Shown here one piece after another: positions 58,568 to 64,000 of a stretch of 64,000 nt of DNA (position 1 is its first letter; every line of letters starts with the position of its first letter). Both the position numbers and the translations under genes were made by a program. Under the pieces are notes generated by a model. That model searched no databases. It had not been told where the DNA came from and saw only the letters and a list, made by a program, of their open reading frames with translations. This stretch comes from Coleofasciculaceae cyanobacterium (GTDB lineage: Bacteria; Cyanobacteriota; Vampirovibrionia; Vampirovibrionales; Vampirovibrionaceae): assembly GCA_036703295.1 (NCBI GenBank), contig DATNPJ010000015.1:15994-79993 (forward strand), in the 5' to 3' direction.

Positions 58568-58828
58568 TTAAGAAACAGCGGGGACAATGCTAACCTTGGT
58601 CGAGGTTTTGCGGTACCGTTCAAACAGGACGGTGCCTTCGGCCAGGGCAAACAGGGTGTCGTCGCCGCCACGGCCAACATTGGTGCCGGGGTGGAACTTG
58701 GTGCCGCGCTGACGGACCAGGATTTCACCGGCGTTTACTGTTTGACCGCCAAAGCGCTTAACGCCTAGGCGCTTCGCCTCGCTGTCGCGACCGTTTCTTG
58801 TTGAGCCTACGCCTTTCTTATGAGCCAT
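58568..58828 (-). CDS. rpmA: 50S ribosomal protein L27
   Basis: [28 protein letters not shown] matches the L27 signature. Confidence 0.9.
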   Translation of the reverse strand: MAHKKGVGSTRNGRDSEAKRLGVKRFGGQTVNAGEILVRQRGTKFHPGTNVGRGGDDTLFALAEGTVLFERYRKTSTKVSIVPAVS

Positions 58829-58852
58829 AGCGTTGTTTCTCCGGATTAAATC

Positions 58853-59308
58853 TTAAGCTTCGGTGTTTTCTGCAGCCACTTCAGCCTGGGGTGCCGATTT
58901 CTCAGCAGGCTTCTGGGCTTTTTCAGTCGTTTTTTTGGCAACTGCCTTTTTAGGCTGCTCGGCGGCTTCCTGCTTCGCGGGACGCGCCTGCTTGCCGGGG
59001 AAGTCTACGACTTCGATTTGCAGCTGGGTGTAGTCCTGGCGGTGTCCGTTCTTCCGGCGGTAGCCTTTTTTGCAGCGCATTTTGTAGACCAGCACCTTGG
59101 CGCCACGGGTATGGCGCAGAACTTTCGCCTTGACGGTGGCGCCTTCCACGAAGGGTGCGCCGACCAGGGAGGCCTCTCCGTCCACGATCATCAGGACGTT
59201 GGAGAGTTCCAAGGGTTCGTTTTCATCCAGGGCAAGCCGATCCACGGTCACGTAGCGGCCTTCTTCAACCTGGTATTGTTTACCGTTCAAATCCACGATG
59301 GCTAACAT
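58853..59308 (-). CDS. rplU: 50S ribosomal protein L21 with a Lys/Ala-rich C-terminal tail (ORF is open to 59428; start is MLAIVDLNGKQY at 59308)
   Basis: L21 N-terminal signature. Order matches the conserved rplU-rpmA operon. Confidence 0.85.
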   Translation of the reverse strand: MLAIVDLNGKQYQVEEGRYVTVDRLALDENEPLELSNVLMIVDGEASLVGAPFVEGATVKAKVLRHTRGAKVLVYKMRCKKGYRRKNGHRQDYTQLQIEVVDFPGKQARPAKQEAAEQPKKAVAKKTTEKAQKPAEKSAPQAEVAAENTEA

Positions 59309-59615
59309 TGTTGCTACCTTCTTTGTAGAGCTAATGACCTTGTATCGCTGATTGCGTACCGATTGGCGCGCTGACCCTGGGGGATGACCGGAGGAACTCC
59401 GTGAATCCGGGAATAAGTCCACTGTCACATGCGGTGAGGGTCGAAGTGAGTTTTCAATATACCAACAGCAAAATGTCGTGTCAAATGGTGTGAAGATCCG
59501 ATTTTGAGCGGGTTTGACTTGTCATCTTGCAGTTCTGCCTGCCAGGTCCCTCTCAAGTGTCCGCCGCAATGCCGGTCAAGGTGGCACCACGGCGGACAAT
59601 GAAAGGTTCTTATTT

Positions 59616-60689
59616 TTAAACCTGCGGCCCTTGGTATTCCAGGGTGATCTTGCGATCGGCGGCGTAAATGGAGACGATTTTGAAGTGGTAGGTCTCGTTC
59701 AGGAAGTACTGGCGGCCTTCGTTGTTGTAGGCGCAGTAGGCTTCCACGCCCGGAGCCAGTTCAGCCAGCACGCCGCTGCCCAGCAGCTTGGAGATGCGAC
59801 CGTTCAGCATCTGGCCTACCTTGAAGTTTTCGTTCACCGATTCCCACGGATCCGGCTGCAGCCGCTTGAGGCTCAGGCTGATGCGTTGGAGGTTGCGGTC
59901 CACCGTCAACACGCGGACGGTCAGGCGCTCGCCCAGGGTCAGCACTTCGGAAGGGTGCTGAATCCGTCGCCAGGTGATTTCGGACAACGGCAGCAGGCCG
60001 TCGATGCCGTTGATATCCACAAAGACACCGAAATCGGTGATCTTCACGATCTCGCCTTCCACCACGTCACCTTCGGTCAGCTTGCCGATGGTTTCGGCGC
60101 GCATCAGGGCTTTTTGCTCGAACACGGCTTCGCGGTGGCTGAGAATCAGCTTGTTCTTGTGCTTATCCACTTCCAGGATCTTGGCTGGCAGGACATCGCC
60201 GATCAGATCGTGCAGGGTTTTGGCTACCCGCAACTGGCTGGCCGGGATGAAACCCTTGAAGCCCATGATATTGACGATGACGCCACCCTTGGTAGTGCCG
60301 GTGACGGTGGTTTCCACAATTTCCTTAGAATCGCGCAGTTCCAGCAGGCGATCCCAGTTTTTCCACATATTCACCCGGCGAATGGAAAGCACGTAATGGG
60401 CTTTCGAGTCATCGTTGCTGTCTTGCTCATGCAGCAGGAAAAATTCGGCGACCTGCCCCACATGATAGGTGTTTTTCAGTTCGTCTAGGCTATAGCAAGC
60501 AGGAATCTCTTTCATGGGAATGAAGCCTTCGGATTTACCACCGATATCGACGGTCAGGCCATCTTTCTCCATCTTGAGAATCTCGCCGACGACGATACTG
60601 CCGGTCTTCAGGTTGGTTTCAAAGCTTTTTTCCAGCAAGTCGGCAAAGCTCTGGCGCATTTCTTCGCTGGTTTCCAAAAGGGTTGTCAT
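59616..60689 (-). CDS. rpsA: 30S ribosomal protein S1-like protein with four S1 domains (short S1; ORF is open to 60806)
   Basis: Repeated S1 OB-fold units (GSIVVGEILKMEKDGLTVDIGG...; GDVVEGEIVKITDFGVFVDI...; MLNGRISKLLGSGVLAEL). Sits adjacent to ispH, as in many bacteria. Confidence 0.8.
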   Translation of the reverse strand: MTTLLETSEEMRQSFADLLEKSFETNLKTGSIVVGEILKMEKDGLTVDIGGKSEGFIPMKEIPACYSLDELKNTYHVGQVAEFFLLHEQDSNDDSKAHYVLSIRRVNMWKNWDRLLELRDSKEIVETTVTGTTKGGVIVNIMGFKGFIPASQLRVAKTLHDLIGDVLPAKILEVDKHKNKLILSHREAVFEQKALMRAETIGKLTEGDVVEGEIVKITDFGVFVDINGIDGLLPLSEITWRRIQHPSEVLTLGERLTVRVLTVDRNLQRISLSLKRLQPDPWESVNENFKVGQMLNGRISKLLGSGVLAELAPGVEAYCAYNNEGRQYFLNETYHFKIVSIYAADRKITLEYQGPQV

Positions 60690-60747
60690 TCCCACAGTCA
60701 AGGGTTCCTTTCTTACTTCTTTAAGGGTTATGAGATCATGAGTGAGG

Positions 60748-61776
60748 TTATAACTGCTTGAGGTATTCCACGACTTCCTGGATGAGCCAGTCCGGCGTGG
60801 ATGCACCCGCCGTCACACCAACAACCTCAGCCTTCCGCAAGGCTTCCAGGTCGTCGATTTTCTCGGCGAGCTCTTTGTAAGTTTCGATATGGACGGATTC
60901 CGTGCCTTCGGCCCGGCAAATTTCCGCAAGATGGGTGGTGTTGGAGCTGTTCTTGCCACCAATCACTACCATGAAGTCTACTTTTCCGGCCAGCTCCAGC
61001 GCGGAATTCTGCCGGAAGTACGTGGCAGGGCAGATGGTGTTGAATACTTTCAGCTCCTTGGCCACTTTAGAAAGCTCTTTCACCATTTCAAAAAAGTTTT
61101 CTTCCAGCTGGGTGGTCTGGGAGACAACCCCAATCCGGCGGCGCGGCAGATCTTGCAGCTTTTCCTCGATCTCCTCGGGCTTGTTGATGGCCACAATGCG
61201 GCCGCCGTTCACCCGTTCGGAATGGGCCTTGATGCCGATGATCTCGGGGTGTTCGGCTTTCCCGACAATCACCACGGTATAACCCTCTTCGGCCAGCTGA
61301 ATGGCCTTATTCTGCACCAGCCGGACATCCGGGCAGGTCGCGTCCGAGACATCCACCCCCTTGGCCTGGGCTTGATCCACCACTTCCGGCGGAGCGCCGT
61401 GCGTACGAATGACGCAAACGCTGCCCGGCGGGATTTCGTCCAGCGAGCTGACCGTTCGGATGCTGTTGGACTCCAGGTGATCAATCACCTGCTGGTTGTG
61501 AATCAACTGCCCCAGTACATAAACGGGCTTGCCGCCGTTGTTTTTCGCGCTTTCCCCGACCGCGAGCGTTTTATCGACTGCCTTTTGGACCCCATGGCAG
61601 AAACCAGAATGCTCGGCCAGAAGAATGGTCTTCGGCCTGCGCTGCCCTGGTTTCGGTTGTGGATCCTGGCTTGGATCAAGATCTGGCTTGTGGAGAACCG
61701 GAATTCTGTTATCCAAAAGTGGATACGAACCTTTCTTTGAGATTTCCCGGTTTTGTTTCCGCTGCCGGGATGGCAA
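60748..61776 (-). CDS. ispH: 4-hydroxy-3-methylbut-2-enyl diphosphate reductase (possible N-terminal extension or later start)
   Basis: GFCHGVQKAV first Cys ligand motif; CPATYFRQN and further conserved IspH regions. Confidence 0.85.
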   Translation of the reverse strand: MPSRQRKQNREISKKGSYPLLDNRIPVLHKPDLDPSQDPQPKPGQRRPKTILLAEHSGFCHGVQKAVDKTLAVGESAKNNGGKPVYVLGQLIHNQQVIDHLESNSIRTVSSLDEIPPGSVCVIRTHGAPPEVVDQAQAKGVDVSDATCPDVRLVQNKAIQLAEEGYTVVIVGKAEHPEIIGIKAHSERVNGGRIVAINKPEEIEEKLQDLPRRRIGVVSQTTQLEENFFEMVKELSKVAKELKVFNTICPATYFRQNSALELAGKVDFMVVIGGKNSSNTTHLAEICRAEGTESVHIETYKELAEKIDDLEALRKAEVVGVTAGASTPDWLIQEVVEYLKQL

Positions 61777-61942
61777 GTCATCGGGTCACGACCACTTGCT
61801 CCATAATTTGTATTAGAAAGACGGGTGAAAATCAACCCTCCTTCCGAAATATGCCACAGATACAGATGCTATAATGCCTTTATTGGGTAGTCCCGAATCC
61901 CAGTTTCAGGGAAGCCTTCGGGTAAAGGATGGTGCAGAAGAA

Positions 61943-62764
61943 ATGCGGTCAGTGAGTGGTAGTTCAACCAGAACCTCCGCCGAGGATATTTTCTCTCATG
62001 AGCTGGACGAGATGCTGCACCGTTATCTGGTGTCGGAGCAGGACCAGCAGAACCGGGAAAAGCTGCGCGATCAAATCGTGGAACGGGTGATGCCGTACGT
62101 GAAAAAGATTGCCCACGGACTGGCACGCCGGAGTACCGACCCCGTGGAAGATTTGATCCAGGTGGGCAACATCGGCCTCATCAAGGCCGTGGACAAGTTT
62201 AATCCTCTGGTGGGCAGCAGTTTCAAGACTTACGCGACTTATTTTATTACCGGCGAGATTCGACACTACCTGCGGGACAAGACCTCCATGATCAAGGCCC
62301 CGCGCCAGATGTACGAGCTGTACTATCGCATCAACCAGATTGTGCACAAGCTGGCCGAACAGTTGGGTCGGACACCGACCGACCTGGAAATTGCCGACGA
62401 GTTGCAGATGCCGGTCAACAAAGTAACCCAAGCCCAGGATATCGAGCGCCGCAGGCTGCCCGTTTCCCTGGATCAGTTCCTGGTGAGCGACGGCACCAGC
62501 AGCGAGACGGTTTACATGGAGCGCCTGGTGGACCATTCCCAGTCCGAGGTCATCGAGAACAACGAAAACAAGATGGTCCTGGAGCGGGCGATGGGCACCT
62601 TAAAGGAAGAGCTGCGGGAAGTCGTCCGCATGACCTATTACGACGACCTGAGCCAGACCGAAATCGCGGAACGGCTGGGTATTTCTCAGATGCAAGTGAG
62701 CCGTCGCCTGCGCAAAGCGCTGGAGATACTGTACAAAAACCTGCAAACCGATAAAACGGCTTGA
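61943..62764 (+). CDS. Group-3 sigma-70 family sigma factor (FliA/SigF/SigB-like). ORF is open from 61874.
   Basis: Region 2 (DLIQVGNIGLIKAVDKFNP...TYATYFITGEIRHYLRD), region 3, and region 4 HTH (LSQTEIAERLGISQMQVSRRL). Confidence 0.8.
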   Translation: MRSVSGSSTRTSAEDIFSHELDEMLHRYLVSEQDQQNREKLRDQIVERVMPYVKKIAHGLARRSTDPVEDLIQVGNIGLIKAVDKFNPLVGSSFKTYATYFITGEIRHYLRDKTSMIKAPRQMYELYYRINQIVHKLAEQLGRTPTDLEIADELQMPVNKVTQAQDIERRRLPVSLDQFLVSDGTSSETVYMERLVDHSQSEVIENNENKMVLERAMGTLKEELREVVRMTYYDDLSQTEIAERLGISQMQVSRRLRKALEILYKNLQTDKTA

Positions 62765-62805
62765 ACACAAAGTAATCCCCCTTCGGATAGAGAGACAGTT
62801 TATTC

Positions 62806-63873
62806 ATGGATCCCGTCCTGTTATTCATTAACGGACTGCCGCCAAAAGTGGACATTCCGCCTGAACTTTGGCCCGTGGTGCTGGGTTTTACGTTTGTGAT
62901 CGGGCTGGTCATCGGCAGCTTCCTGAACGTGGTGGGCCTGCGCTTCCTGGCAGAAGAATCCATCACCCTGCCGCCTTCCAGTTGCCCGCATTGCAAGGCC
63001 CGGATTCGCCCCCAGGACAACATCCCGGTGATCAGTTATATTCTGCTGGGCGGGCGTTGCCGGGATTGCAAGGCCGGTATCAGCATTCAGTACCCGTTGA
63101 TTGAGCTGGCGACCGGCGTGCTGTTTACGCTGGTGGTCTGGTTCTTCGGGGTCAGCCTGACGTCGCTGTTTTTGCTTTTCATGGTGGCAAACCTCATCGT
63201 CATTTTCATCACGGATTTGCGGGAAAGCTTTATCTTCCAAATCAACTCGCTGTCTCTCATTCCGGCAGGGCTGATCTACAACGCCTTCAGCCTGGGGCCG
63301 ATTCAGGGCTCCACCGCGCTGAATCTGGGCGCCATGATTATTCATGTGCCCGACGGCTTGATTTCGGCGCTGATTGCCATCGCCATCGCTTTCGCCTTCT
63401 TTGAAGGCATGATCCTGCTTTCGATGCTGGTGTTCGGCACGGACGGTTTCGGCCACGGCGACACCCACCTGATGATGGGCGCGGGCGCCTTCCTGGGCTG
63501 GCCGCTGACCGTGCTGGCCCTGGTGCTGGGTTTTATCGCCCAAACCATCCCGGCCATCCCCATGCTGGTCATTCAGTGGATTCAGAACAAGCAATGGACA
63601 TCGCTCATTTCCGGCGCAGCCGCGCTGGTATTTGGCACGCTACCCATATTCACCATGAGCCTGGGCTTTTCCCTGGAAATCCGCACCGCCATCAGCCTGC
63701 TGTGCATTGTGCTCACCCTGGTGGCGCTGATCGTGTTCCTCAAGCAAGTCCGCACCAGCCAGAGCTTCACCTACCTCCCCCTCGGCCCCGCCCTGGTCAT
63801 CGGCATTTTAGTCGCCCTCTTCTGGGGCCAGCCCATCATCGCCTACTATCAAGTCCTAATGCAAGCCCGCTAA
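62806..63873 (+). CDS. Prepilin peptidase, A24 family, PilD-type with an N-terminal zinc-binding domain
   Basis: CPHC...CRDC tetracysteine segment. Polytopic membrane domain with catalytic Asp regions (ITDLRE...; GHGDTHLMMGAG). Confidence 0.8.
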   Translation: MDPVLLFINGLPPKVDIPPELWPVVLGFTFVIGLVIGSFLNVVGLRFLAEESITLPPSSCPHCKARIRPQDNIPVISYILLGGRCRDCKAGISIQYPLIELATGVLFTLVVWFFGVSLTSLFLLFMVANLIVIFITDLRESFIFQINSLSLIPAGLIYNAFSLGPIQGSTALNLGAMIIHVPDGLISALIAIAIAFAFFEGMILLSMLVFGTDGFGHGDTHLMMGAGAFLGWPLTVLALVLGFIAQTIPAIPMLVIQWIQNKQWTSLISGAAALVFGTLPIFTMSLGFSLEIRTAISLLCIVLTLVALIVFLKQVRTSQSFTYLPLGPALVIGILVALFWGQPIIAYYQVLMQAR

Positions 63874-64000
63874 AAAGCGATGGGCCAGGAATGGGAGTTA
63901 CCAAAAGATTGGCTCTCCTCGAGTACGGAAATTCAGGGATATTCTGATCTCAAGCGCTACGTTAGCGGATCGTTTTTCAGGAAACAACAGCAGTAGTTAC

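Noticed and set aside
59514-61740. Plus-strand ORFs of 324 and 283 aa overlapping rpsA and ispH
   Set aside because: Antisense shadow ORFs.
1-64000. Screened for CRISPR arrays, rRNA, IS elements, integrases, and additional tRNAs
   Set aside because: I found no regularly spaced direct repeats. I found no rRNA-like conserved blocks. No transposase or integrase motifs appear in any ORF translation. Only the tRNA-Trp could be folded by eye.

Overview
This is a high-GC (roughly 60%) bacterial chromosomal segment. Genes are densely packed and use Shine-Dalgarno-type ribosome binding sites. I found no rRNA, CRISPR array, transposase or integrase.

Housekeeping content:
- Class II (B12-dependent) ribonucleotide reductase nrdJ, aconitase and NADP-isocitrate dehydrogenase.
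- pgi, hemW, queG, a 7Fe ferredoxin, trxB, coaD, thiL, ispD, ruvA and ispH.
- Two ribosomal clusters: rpmG-tRNA-Trp-secE-nusG-rplK-rplA, and rpsA-rplU-rpmA.

Accessory content:
1. A glycosyltransferase cluster (GT9 fragment plus two GT4 genes) followed by a 1214-aa secreted Thr/Gly/Asn-rich beta-helix-like repeat protein.
2. A sugar-acid (Entner-Doudoroff-like) operon: cyclase-family gene, eda, IlvD/EDD dehydratase and kdgK. A strongly AT-rich orphan gene interrupts it.
3. A c-di-GMP-type signalling cluster: a degenerate GGDEF protein, a tandem HD-GYP protein, a single HD-GYP protein and a small HD hydrolase.
4. A complete Tad/Flp pilus locus: flp, tadE-like, an unknown small gene, a second near-identical flp copy, cpaB, an enlarged cpaC secretin, cpaE, cpaF, tadB and tadC. 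A PilD-type prepilin peptidase lies about 9 kb downstream, next to a group-3 sigma factor.

Several small uncharacterised genes stand out:
- Two paralogous hypothetical genes, each preceded by the same 28-nt motif.
- An FGK-repeat protein.
- Tandem VPFTP-domain paralogs.
- Tandem zinc-ribbon paralogs.
- A glycine-zipper/coiled-coil protein flanked by terminators.

All calls were made by eye from the sequence and the supplied ORF translations. No database search was run. Start codons are approximate in several places, as noted per feature.
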